From Candidatus Thorarchaeota archaeon (GTDB lineage Archaea; Asgardarchaeota; Thorarchaeia; Thorarchaeales; Thorarchaeaceae), in NCBI GenBank assembly GCA_016933575.1, contig JAFGAR010000028.1, positions 64,001 through 128,000 of the forward strand: a DNA stretch of 64,000 bases, in the 5' to 3' direction. Positions 46,009-54,957 of this stretch are shown in pieces (within the stretch, counting starts at the first letter, position 1; every line of letters begins with the position of its first letter). The position numbers and the translations under genes are program-made. Below the pieces are notes generated by a model. The model had not been told where the DNA came from. It made no database searches and saw only the letters and a program-made list of their open reading frames with translations.

Positions 46009-47337
46009 TTGATAGTTCCAGGCACAACAATATCACTAACACTCCTACCCACTTTCATAGAGGTACGAGATAAGGGTATAGTCAAAAAGAAGGTCCCTCT
46101 GAAGTCAAGATCTTATGATGATATAGTGTTGGAATTGCAGAAATACTTCAGGTATCTTGGTAAGAGGTTAGCTCCGGGTGTTCTTGAAGATGTTCTTCAT
46201 AAAATAGGAGTACCTAAAGCAAGACGTATCATTCCAGAACCTGAGCTTGAACCCGAACCAGAACCTGAAATCGAAATAATAGAAGAAGAAGTTGTACCTG
46301 AACCCGTCAAAGAAAGAGAAGTAATCAGTGAACCTCCAAAGAAGAAGGAAAACGAGAAAAAGAAAGAGAAGGAGAAAAAGGAGAAACAAATACCAGCTGC
46401 GACCTTCGTAGAGAAACCTAGTGAGAGTGCAGATGAAAAGGGAGTCATATCAGCAGATGATTTCGATGATATTTCAGATGCATTGAAGGCTGTTGAGTCT
46501 TTGAGTGACTCATTCATGACGGGGACAAAGGATACAGGGATTAAAGAAGTAAACAAACCTGAGATCAGTATTAATCTGAAGGGACAAGAGGAAATTGTTG
46601 CTTCTGGCAGTACATATGTTAGAGAGCCATATAGCAAGGAAATTGCTAGTAAGGAAATAGAAGAAGCATCTGAAGAGATAGAACTCATTGCGGAAACAAT
46701 AGAAGAAATTCCAGAGGAAGAAGAGATAGAGACCCCTGTCCATGTGACTCCAACTCATCAAATTAAGCCAATAGTGGAGTGCAAAGCACTTCTTCTGGGT
46801 GAAACAGGTGTAGGCAAGAGAAGTCTTCAACAGAAGGCAGGACTTGAACCAATTGTAAATAATGAAGAAACTGGAGAGGTCTCTTCGTATATCTTTGGAA
46901 GCTTGATCGATTGTGCAAATCATCGGATCAGACTCAATGTATGGTCTTTCGATGTTGCTGTGAAAGCAAAAGTGCCAAGGAAAGATTTCTACGATGAAGC
47001 ACAATTGCTTATCATTGTCTACGCGGCTTCTGATAGATGGAGTTTTGAGAGTATTGATTTCTGGTTGAGAGAGGCATCAATATCCTGTGAAAACAATTTA
47101 CCAATAGTAATCGCAGCAAACAAGATCGACTTGCGTTCTGACAATGCTGATGATTCGGGAGAAGAACCTGTCACTTACGAGGAGGGATTCCAGTTAGCAG
47201 AGGAATTAGCAAAGAGATTTGGTGTAGAGGGAAAGTTGCATCCTGTTGCATTCATAGAAACTTCCTGTATCAGTGGTGAAAACACCATGGAGGTCTTTAA
47301 GACAGCTGCTCAGCTCTTTGAGAATAACCTCAAGTGA
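46009..47337 (+). CDS. Rab/Ras-like small GTPase domain (degenerate) with a long acidic N-terminal extension
   Basis: LLGETGVGKRS (G1), LNVWSFD (G3 position), SFESIDFWL, ANKID (G4), ETSC (G5). The preceding ~190 aa are low complexity (E/P/K-rich). Confidence 0.85.
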   Translation: MIVPGTTISLTLLPTFIEVRDKGIVKKKVPLKSRSYDDIVLELQKYFRYLGKRLAPGVLEDVLHKIGVPKARRIIPEPELEPEPEPEIEIIEEEVVPEPVKEREVISEPPKKKENEKKKEKEKKEKQIPAATFVEKPSESADEKGVISADDFDDISDALKAVESLSDSFMTGTKDTGIKEVNKPEISINLKGQEEIVASGSTYVREPYSKEIASKEIEEASEEIELIAETIEEIPEEEEIETPVHVTPTHQIKPIVECKALLLGETGVGKRSLQQKAGLEPIVNNEETGEVSSYIFGSLIDCANHRIRLNVWSFDVAVKAKVPRKDFYDEAQLLIIVYAASDRWSFESIDFWLREASISCENNLPIVIAANKIDLRSDNADDSGEEPVTYEEGFQLAEELAKRFGVEGKLHPVAFIETSCISGENTMEVFKTAAQLFENNLK

Positions 47338-47447
47338 TAGTTATCATAATAAGGTTCAAAGGTTCATATGACTCAGAGAATTCATATAGTGGTCAGTTAT
47401 TGTAAATGACAGCTGAGAACATACATTGATGACACTTGAATACATAG

Positions 47448-47762
47448 ATGGTGATTAAATCGGTAGAATACTGCGAGAGTTGTGGTAAAGAGTTAGACCC
47501 CATCAGACCAGCTACGAATCTAGAAGACAATTTCATCAATGATACAAGACAGAATCTTTTCATCTGCACCGAGTGTTTTAAGAAACGCTTCAAGACCGTG
47601 ACTAAGAAACGTTCTGGGTATGGCGGAACAATTTACGAACTTGAAGAACGCCCACCGCCTCGATTTGGACTTGGCAGTCAATCCTTTTCCTGTCTCAAGT
47701 GCAACTGGGTAGCTTGGAATGAGGAAGGACTTGCAGCACACATGAAAAGGCGTCACTCATAG
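47448..47762 (+). CDS. Small Zn-finger protein (C4 + C2H2)
   Basis: CESC..CTEC; CLKC-x12-H-x4-H. Confidence 0.75.
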   Translation: MVIKSVEYCESCGKELDPIRPATNLEDNFINDTRQNLFICTECFKKRFKTVTKKRSGYGGTIYELEERPPPRFGLGSQSFSCLKCNWVAWNEEGLAAHMKRRHS

Positions 47763-47764
47763 AC

Positions 47765-48406
47765 TCATTTATTCATCGCAAATTGCTTGTTTTCACGGAT
47801 AATCTCGTGACCAGATATTTTCAAACCCGGAATTCGTCTTGCAGCACTTTCAAGCATGCCCATTCTATACGTAGCTGTTCGGGGTCCAAGTCCATGAAGC
47901 CATTCTAGCTGAGCCATGTCGAGCTTCTGGTTTGCTGCGAAGTAGAGTTTCAAATCTTCGCCAATCTCGCGAGACCTCTCAAACATAGCAGTGGTAAGAC
48001 CAACACTTGGAGCTGCAAAGGCGGATAATACCCATATGAAAATGAAGGGGTCGTCGCTAAACTTGTCGTAAAAGAACATGAATCCAAACAGAGTTGGACC
48101 AACAAGCGATAGTACTACCAAAATTAGAGACAGATGTTGTGTAGAGTCGTCACTTCCTAGTCCAGCTAGTCCGATAACATCTTGATCAGGAGGATAGAGA
48201 TAGACTAGGACGCCGCCTGAAGTGATACCTACTACCAATGCAGAGGAAATTGTTAGCATAATATATCCGAATGCACGACTAGTCCAAATGTCTGGAAAAC
48301 TCAATAGAGATTGCAGTGTCAAAGATATGGTAATTAATAAGGCTCCAACTATGAAACCTTGCCAACTGAAGAACTCATACTTCCGTGCCATTATCTCATC
48401 AGACAA
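47765..48406 (-). CDS. 4-TM membrane protein, unknown function
   Basis: Four hydrophobic segments and a soluble C-terminus; GAGGTG upstream. Confidence 0.75.
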   Translation of the reverse strand: MSDEIMARKYEFFSWQGFIVGALLITISLTLQSLLSFPDIWTSRAFGYIMLTISSALVVGITSGGVLVYLYPPDQDVIGLAGLGSDDSTQHLSLILVVLSLVGPTLFGFMFFYDKFSDDPFIFIWVLSAFAAPSVGLTTAMFERSREIGEDLKLYFAANQKLDMAQLEWLHGLGPRTATYRMGMLESAARRIPGLKISGHEIIRENKQFAMNK

Positions 48407-48600
48407 TGATTCGCTGCACCTCTAACTATTCTATGATGAAATAAGTCTTCAATAGAGATAAAGCTTACTCATCATTAATCATGTGTCACAAATCCATTAA
48501 GATTGATTGCAAATACGCAAAATGTAAGAAAGCATTGCTTTATTATTAGGAGATAATCCTACCCAACGGCAGTCAAAATGATAGCGGTGTAAGATTTTCT

Positions 48601-51357
48601 ATGTCTGTTCTCATGAAAGATCGTCATGGATTCAAAGACAGACAGAGAATAGCATTGACTCTAATCTGTCTAACCATAGCAACAACCATTGTTGTTAGCG
48701 TTTCAATCTATGTTGATTCTGCTTCTGTCAGTGAGTGGTCACGACAGATAGACATCGGACCTGTATCCATGATGGTTGCAGGCAATGGAATTAAAGATGA
48801 CATTGATGCCATTAGTGAAATACTAGGAGTCACTAATGTTTCAGGTCTTGACTCAGCTCATGGTGAAATTTCTAGAACAAATGTGATTTATGGTTTCGAA
48901 ACGAGTGGGAATATCTACACATTGACGGATGACTATATGGAGAAATTCCCAACAACGTTTACTTTGAAAACTGGGAGATGGCCTCAGAACGAGTCAGAGA
49001 TAGCTATTCCTCAAACGCTAGCGGATCAAGCATTCATAGGAATCGGTTGGCATGTTAACTACTCCTTTGGACTAGGCTTCCCAGAAACATTACTTACAAT
49101 CGTTGGTACATATATGCAAACCACAGGAGACCTCTATAGTCATTATTTTTATTCTAGTATTGGTGTCGTCGTGGATTCACTTCTCAATGTGAATACAACT
49201 GCTACACGAGCGTATCTGAGTGTTGATACGACCTCAATCACTCCTTTTGATGCAGATGGATCCCTTTCTTACTTAGCTAACATCCAAGAGGAAATTAGAT
49301 TATTATACCCAGGCTACCCAGAAGAACTTTTATTTTCAGGCTATACTGTCTTCGATTATTTATCCACTGGAATTGAAGCTTATCTGAATTGGCGAAATAC
49401 TGCTAGAAGTTCTCAGATTGGGAGAGCATCAGGCATAGTACTGATAGTCGTCTTGATTGATATACTTGCAATTCAGTATAATTTAAGATGCAAGAAACCA
49501 GAATTGGACTACCTTAGAGCGAGAGGCGCGAGTTCAACAAAAATAGAAATTGAAGCAGTAAAGGAGATATTTTTCATCACGCTGTTTTCAGCAGTGTTGG
49601 GAATCTTTTTTGCAGTATTGACAAGCAGACTCGCCTTAATGGCTGTTGGTTATCTGCAATTTGATTTCTCACAGATTATGATATTACCAGTACTGATAAC
49701 ACGTGATACTATTCTACTCTGCGTGATTGTGAGCATCATAATTCCAGCACTGGTTTATCTAGGAATCAAAACTGCTGTATCGAGTAGAGGTGTAATCTCT
49801 GATGAAAAGGGGAGAATGGGAAAGATCTCAAAGCTGCTAAAAATCATTAGATGGGATTTGGGCGTTATTATCCTCTCATTAATACTGATGTTTGCATTCT
49901 ACACCACAAGTGCATTAATTCAAAGAAATCCAGTTTTTAATTTAATACTCCCATACTTGCCTGTTCCAATTTATCTTGCAGTCAGTAGTCTCGTTATGAA
50001 GGGATTGGAAAAGAGTACGAACTATTTCTCTTCAGCAACAAAAAGAGTTCTTGGAAAGATTCCAGCATCGATAGGCATACGACGAATCGGAAAATCTGCA
50101 AAGAGTGCAGGTCCAGTAATCATGATATTAGTGCTTGCTATAACATTATCATGGAATAATGTAATTGCAGATGTTTCTTTACCTGAGACAAGGGAGGTTC
50201 ACGCTAAGTTTGCACTGGGAGGAGACATAGTCTTTCATATCAAGAAAGATGAGTCTCCAAGATGGACAGAGTTCATGGAGAATATTACGGACCGCCCAGA
50301 GGTCATTGATGCAACCATTGTATCTTTGACAAGACTGTTCCTTTCTGCAGGTTTTGTGGGAGCTGCTGATTTTGTAGGGATAACACCTGATGAATACAGG
50401 CATATTGGTTATGATTATCTAGGTAACCGCTTGAATGAATCTATCTACAATGATCTACTGCTAGAGATGATAGAGAATCCTAAAGCAGCGATAATGACGA
50501 GAGATATTGCAGAGCAATATGAGATTTCCGCGGGTGATACCTTCAGAGCCTTTAGAACTCAATCAGATACCAATTACTATACCTTCACTGTAATCGCAGT
50601 TGTAGATTCACTTCCACAACCGATGATACCTGAGTCAACATTCATACCAAGTGGAGAGGGCTATAATGTTGGAGCACACAAGATATTCGTCAACAGATTA
50701 TATCTTGGTGAAAAAATAGACCTAGTGCGAGATACTTATAGCTATATCTCAGTATCTACCTTCGATGATGTCAACTCTACTGAAACAGCAATCAATCTAT
50801 TAGAGACCGGTGGTGACATTGTCACGTATGCAGGAGATTGGGCGGTTGTCGATAATGAGGTTGACTCATATCTCTCATCGACAGCTTATAAGATGGATAG
50901 GTCTGTAGATAGTATGTTATCCATCACATCTGTTATTCTATTACTTGGTGTCCTTAGTGTCTACACGACTGAGAGTATAAAGACCCGGAAACGTGATGTT
51001 GCACTACTTAGAGCGATGGGATCTGAAACTAGACTGATCACGAAGATTGAGATTGCTGAACTATCTTTCCTATTGTTATTCAGTCTTGGACTATTAGGAT
51101 TATATGCACCTTTGTTTGTTGCAAATTCTCTAATTGCGTCACTGAATGTGTATGCTTCATGGTCATTCAGATTCCCAGTACAGGTATTTCCTGTGATTCC
51201 GTGGTTTACTTTGATTTTACTTTTATCAATCTTCGTACTAGCAATAATGGCTTTTATTGCAGTAGTAGCCATAAAGAGCTCCCGAGTCGAGCTCAATGAA
51301 GCCCTAAGTAATACTTGGGCAAAAGCAGGTCCAATAATGGAGAGTGAAATTCAATGA
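48601..51357 (+). CDS. MacB/FtsX-type ABC permease (class A, copy 1)
   Basis: Two TM + extracellular repeats; GRWPQNESEI, LRARGAS, RDVALLRAMG. Confidence 0.88.
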   Translation: MSVLMKDRHGFKDRQRIALTLICLTIATTIVVSVSIYVDSASVSEWSRQIDIGPVSMMVAGNGIKDDIDAISEILGVTNVSGLDSAHGEISRTNVIYGFETSGNIYTLTDDYMEKFPTTFTLKTGRWPQNESEIAIPQTLADQAFIGIGWHVNYSFGLGFPETLLTIVGTYMQTTGDLYSHYFYSSIGVVVDSLLNVNTTATRAYLSVDTTSITPFDADGSLSYLANIQEEIRLLYPGYPEELLFSGYTVFDYLSTGIEAYLNWRNTARSSQIGRASGIVLIVVLIDILAIQYNLRCKKPELDYLRARGASSTKIEIEAVKEIFFITLFSAVLGIFFAVLTSRLALMAVGYLQFDFSQIMILPVLITRDTILLCVIVSIIIPALVYLGIKTAVSSRGVISDEKGRMGKISKLLKIIRWDLGVIILSLILMFAFYTTSALIQRNPVFNLILPYLPVPIYLAVSSLVMKGLEKSTNYFSSATKRVLGKIPASIGIRRIGKSAKSAGPVIMILVLAITLSWNNVIADVSLPETREVHAKFALGGDIVFHIKKDESPRWTEFMENITDRPEVIDATIVSLTRLFLSAGFVGAADFVGITPDEYRHIGYDYLGNRLNESIYNDLLLEMIENPKAAIMTRDIAEQYEISAGDTFRAFRTQSDTNYYTFTVIAVVDSLPQPMIPESTFIPSGEGYNVGAHKIFVNRLYLGEKIDLVRDTYSYISVSTFDDVNSTETAINLLETGGDIVTYAGDWAVVDNEVDSYLSSTAYKMDRSVDSMLSITSVILLLGVLSVYTTESIKTRKRDVALLRAMGSETRLITKIEIAELSFLLLFSLGLLGLYAPLFVANSLIASLNVYASWSFRFPVQVFPVIPWFTLILLLSIFVLAIMAFIAVVAIKSSRVELNEALSNTWAKAGPIMESEIQ

Positions 51358-51451
51358 ATAGTACAATCCTTAGTACTTGGAAGCAGTCATTTATTAGTTC
51401 TCATGTAGAAAGTGAAAGACGTCGCGGTGAATTCTATCGGAGTGGGTTGAT

Positions 51452-52153
51452 ATGAACTCAGATATAATTGTAGACCTTCAATCTGTTGCACGTGTATATA
51501 GAATGGGTGAGATTGAAGTACATGCTCTTAGAGGAGTGTCTCTTCAGATAAAACGAGGCGAAGCAGTTGGTATTATGGGACCCAGTGGTTCGGGAAAGAC
51601 AACACTTTTGAATCTCATCGGAGCATTGGACAGACCAACGAGTGGTAGGGTTGTCATTGATGGCCTTGATATCACGGAGATGTCTGAATCTGCTCTAACA
51701 AATGTTCGACGAGATAAGATCAGCTATGTCTTCCAATTCTTCAACCTACTGCCAGTATTGACAGCGTATGAAAATATCGAGCTACCTCTTCTTATTGCAG
51801 GAGTAGATGAAGACACTCGTAAAGATAGAGTTGACCATCTCCTCTCACTAGTAGGTCTCGCAGAGAGAGCAGAACATCGACCAGATGAATTGTCAGGCGG
51901 AGAGCAACAGAGAATTGCTATTGCACGCGCTTTAGCTAAACCTGAGGGCTCTGCCAGTTCTATCGTTGTATTAGCTGATGAACCAACTGGTGACTTGGAC
52001 TATAACACAGGGCAGGAAATCCTCGACGTTCTTGTGTCTCTGACGAAAGGAGAGGGAGGTACTCTAATCACAGTCACTCATGATCCAGAAGTAGGCGAAC
52101 AGATGGATCACGTCTTTCGAATGCGCGACGGTAAAGTTGAGAATCCACAGTGA
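51452..52153 (+). CDS. ABC ATP-binding protein, LolD/MacB family
   Basis: VHALRGVSL, GPSGSGKT, FQFFNLL, LSGGEQQR, LADEPTGDLD, VTHD. Confidence 0.95.
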   Translation: MNSDIIVDLQSVARVYRMGEIEVHALRGVSLQIKRGEAVGIMGPSGSGKTTLLNLIGALDRPTSGRVVIDGLDITEMSESALTNVRRDKISYVFQFFNLLPVLTAYENIELPLLIAGVDEDTRKDRVDHLLSLVGLAERAEHRPDELSGGEQQRIAIARALAKPEGSASSIVVLADEPTGDLDYNTGQEILDVLVSLTKGEGGTLITVTHDPEVGEQMDHVFRMRDGKVENPQ

Positions 52154-52164
52154 GGTTATGATCT

Positions 52165-54957
52165 ATGGCAGCTGTGCCCGTGGGTTATGAAGCGTTCCAT
52201 AGTCTCCGTCGGAAAGGAGTCACACTACTCTGCTTCTTGCTTGCATCTACAATGGCCATGGGTATTGCTGTCTATGTCGACTCATACTCCATTCATGAAT
52301 GGGACAAGAATCTTGATGTTGGAGATATCGCAATCAGGGTATCAGGTTCAATCCTCGCTACACAATTAGATGATATTCGAAATATTCCAGGTGTGACAAA
52401 AGCAGAAGGAATAAGGAGTATTTATGGATCGATCTTTTGGGGGTATATCGAGGAGGAGGATTATTGGGAAAATGATTTTTCTGGCGATTTAGTAGCTCCA
52501 AGCCAGGATTTCCTTGAAGCATTTCCTAATTACGTCCAATTCACAGAAGGACGTACGCCGCAAAACGAAAGTGAGATTGCACTCATCCAATCTCTGCGAT
52601 CATATTATGATGTAGAGATTGGCCAATTACTCAACCTTAGCTCCTACGATTTCTTTGATACTGTCCAAGTTGTGGGATTCTACAAACATGAGAGCGAAAT
52701 TGACTCACCCTATTATTGGAGATTTGAAAGTCTCGGTATTGTTGTTCCTTCAGTTATTGATGAGTATTATGAACAATATGAAGTCTGTGTAGACGTAAAT
52801 CGTGCATCCCTCACAGCATTCAATCCTTCAGGTTCTCTCGCATACATGAGTGGGATTGATCAAGCCATCAGGGAATTAGATCCATTTTACGACCCTGTCT
52901 ACCAACCTTGGTCTAACATCTATGTTTCAGATCGTCTTGCCTCAGGGATTTCATACTATATTATGTGGGTTCAGGGAATGAGAATTGCACAGATGTTAAG
53001 ATCAACAAGCATCCTTCTGCTCGTTATCTTAGTGACATTTCTGGCAATACGACATAATGTGAATGAGCGAAGGTACGAGGAGAATATGCTTGTTTCACGG
53101 GGGGCTTCAAAAGGAGACCTGGAAAAAATCGTGACACGAGAGGTTCTTATTCTCGCAATTATATCATGTCTTCTAGGTATACCCCTTGGAATTCTGTTTA
53201 GTAGATTTGCTCTTGCAGCAACTAGTTACTTTGTTTTTGACATTACAAAACTAATCTCAGAACCACTACTAGTGAGTCTTGACTCACTGGTCATTGCATT
53301 AATCGTTGGAATAGTTCTTCCAATGATTACTCTGGGAGGCTATCGTATAATCTATTCAACTAAAAAGAATGTTGATGAAGAGAGAGGAAAGGTGGCTAAA
53401 ATTGCCAAAGGTTTCAATCTAATTCGCTGGGACCTGATTACCGTAATCATTGCAGGTCTTATACTACTAGCATTATCAACAGGAGGAGCCACCGTTTCAA
53501 ATAATGCAATCCTTGCCTTGGTTATGCCAATAATTCCTTTGCCGCTTTTCCTTGGGGTCGCGAGTCTTTCAATGAAGGCACTCAAAAGAGGCGCTAATTG
53601 GATATCAAGACGTTTTAAGAGGCTTGTTGGGGAAATACCTTCATCCATCGGAATAAGACGGATAGGAAAAGAGGCTTCATCAGCAGGTGCGGCTGCCATG
53701 GTGCTCGTTCTTGCAATCTGCCTAAGTTGGAACAGCGCAATAATCGATGCATCTCTTCCAGTGACTGCAGAGAATCAAGCCAGGCTCTATGTTGGCTCGG
53801 ATCTCACATTTGCACTGGACTCTTATTATGCAGCTGATTGGGATGAGTTCATTACCAATGTAACACAACATGAACTTGTTCTTCAACAGACAATGGTTTC
53901 TGAGCTTCAGTTGTATCTCACATCAAACTATTGGGATGGGAGAGAGTTCCTAGCTATTGACCCATTAGAATATGCAGAAATTGGGTATGACTACCTAGGT
54001 AATAGATTGAACGAATCAGGTATCTTTCAGGATCTCGAGTTGCTTGAGAACACGCCAGACGGGGCAATCTTATCAGCTGATATTGCACAGGAATTTAATT
54101 TCGAAATAGGGGATATACTACGTGCGACTTCTATGGGAGAAGATACACTGCAGCTCTCCTTCAGGATTCTGAGTATTGTAGAAGCTTTGCCAGAGATGCC
54201 CGAAAGGAGTTATTATTATGATTACTATGGACCATACTATGATTTCTATCCAGGATATTATTCTGGCTATATGGTTGGTAGTAATCGAGTCTTAGTGAAT
54301 CGAGACTTTATTGGTACTCAGTTCAACTTGGTGAATGACACCAATAACTATCTCTGTGTAAGTACTCGTAAAGGCGCAAATACTACTACTATCGTCAGCG
54401 ACTTATTTGCTGTGGGTGGGAGCATTGTTGTTTCAGAGGACATCTGGGATGGTGTGAATACATTGGTTGAGGAGTACATTGGAGGTACTCAATACAAAAT
54501 AGAACGGGCATTAGATACAATGCTTACTTTTCTTACCATTGGAACAATAGTTGGTGCCTTTACGATTTATGCAGTTGAAGGACTTCGTTCAAGACGCAGG
54601 GAAATTGCACTACTTAGATCTGTAGGAGCGGCGAGGAAAATTATTATCAGTGCACAGTCTGTTGAGATGTTAATATTACTACTCTTCAGCTTATTCCTAC
54701 TTCTTTTGTATTCACCACTATTTCTAAGTACATCCCTAGCAATTGCTGGTGGTTCAACAATCCGATATGGTGAAATATTCCCTATTTCAGTTTTCACCGT
54801 CATACCTTGGAATATAGTCCTGTTAGTCCTTGGCTTTTTCATTGCTATTGTTTCAATGTTCATTGTTGTCATTGCCGCACTTAGTTCCAAGATCAACTTA
54901 GCAGAAGCTCTAAACACTGCATGGGCTGAAGCTGGACCTTACGGAGGAGATGTCTAA
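52165..54957 (+). CDS. MacB/FtsX-type ABC permease (class A, copy 2)
   Basis: GRTPQNESEI, SRGAS, IRWDL, GYDYLGNRLNES shared with 48601, RRREIALLRSVG. Confidence 0.9.
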   Translation: MAAVPVGYEAFHSLRRKGVTLLCFLLASTMAMGIAVYVDSYSIHEWDKNLDVGDIAIRVSGSILATQLDDIRNIPGVTKAEGIRSIYGSIFWGYIEEEDYWENDFSGDLVAPSQDFLEAFPNYVQFTEGRTPQNESEIALIQSLRSYYDVEIGQLLNLSSYDFFDTVQVVGFYKHESEIDSPYYWRFESLGIVVPSVIDEYYEQYEVCVDVNRASLTAFNPSGSLAYMSGIDQAIRELDPFYDPVYQPWSNIYVSDRLASGISYYIMWVQGMRIAQMLRSTSILLLVILVTFLAIRHNVNERRYEENMLVSRGASKGDLEKIVTREVLILAIISCLLGIPLGILFSRFALAATSYFVFDITKLISEPLLVSLDSLVIALIVGIVLPMITLGGYRIIYSTKKNVDEERGKVAKIAKGFNLIRWDLITVIIAGLILLALSTGGATVSNNAILALVMPIIPLPLFLGVASLSMKALKRGANWISRRFKRLVGEIPSSIGIRRIGKEASSAGAAAMVLVLAICLSWNSAIIDASLPVTAENQARLYVGSDLTFALDSYYAADWDEFITNVTQHELVLQQTMVSELQLYLTSNYWDGREFLAIDPLEYAEIGYDYLGNRLNESGIFQDLELLENTPDGAILSADIAQEFNFEIGDILRATSMGEDTLQLSFRILSIVEALPEMPERSYYYDYYGPYYDFYPGYYSGYMVGSNRVLVNRDFIGTQFNLVNDTNNYLCVSTRKGANTTTIVSDLFAVGGSIVVSEDIWDGVNTLVEEYIGGTQYKIERALDTMLTFLTIGTIVGAFTIYAVEGLRSRRREIALLRSVGAARKIIISAQSVEMLILLLFSLFLLLLYSPLFLSTSLAIAGGSTIRYGEIFPISVFTVIPWNIVLLVLGFFIAIVSMFIVVIAALSSKINLAEALNTAWAEAGPYGGDV

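Noticed and set aside
46168-47004. Phe/Ser-rich minus-strand ORFs
   Set aside because: Antisense shadows of the GAA/AAA-rich linker of the Rab-like gene.
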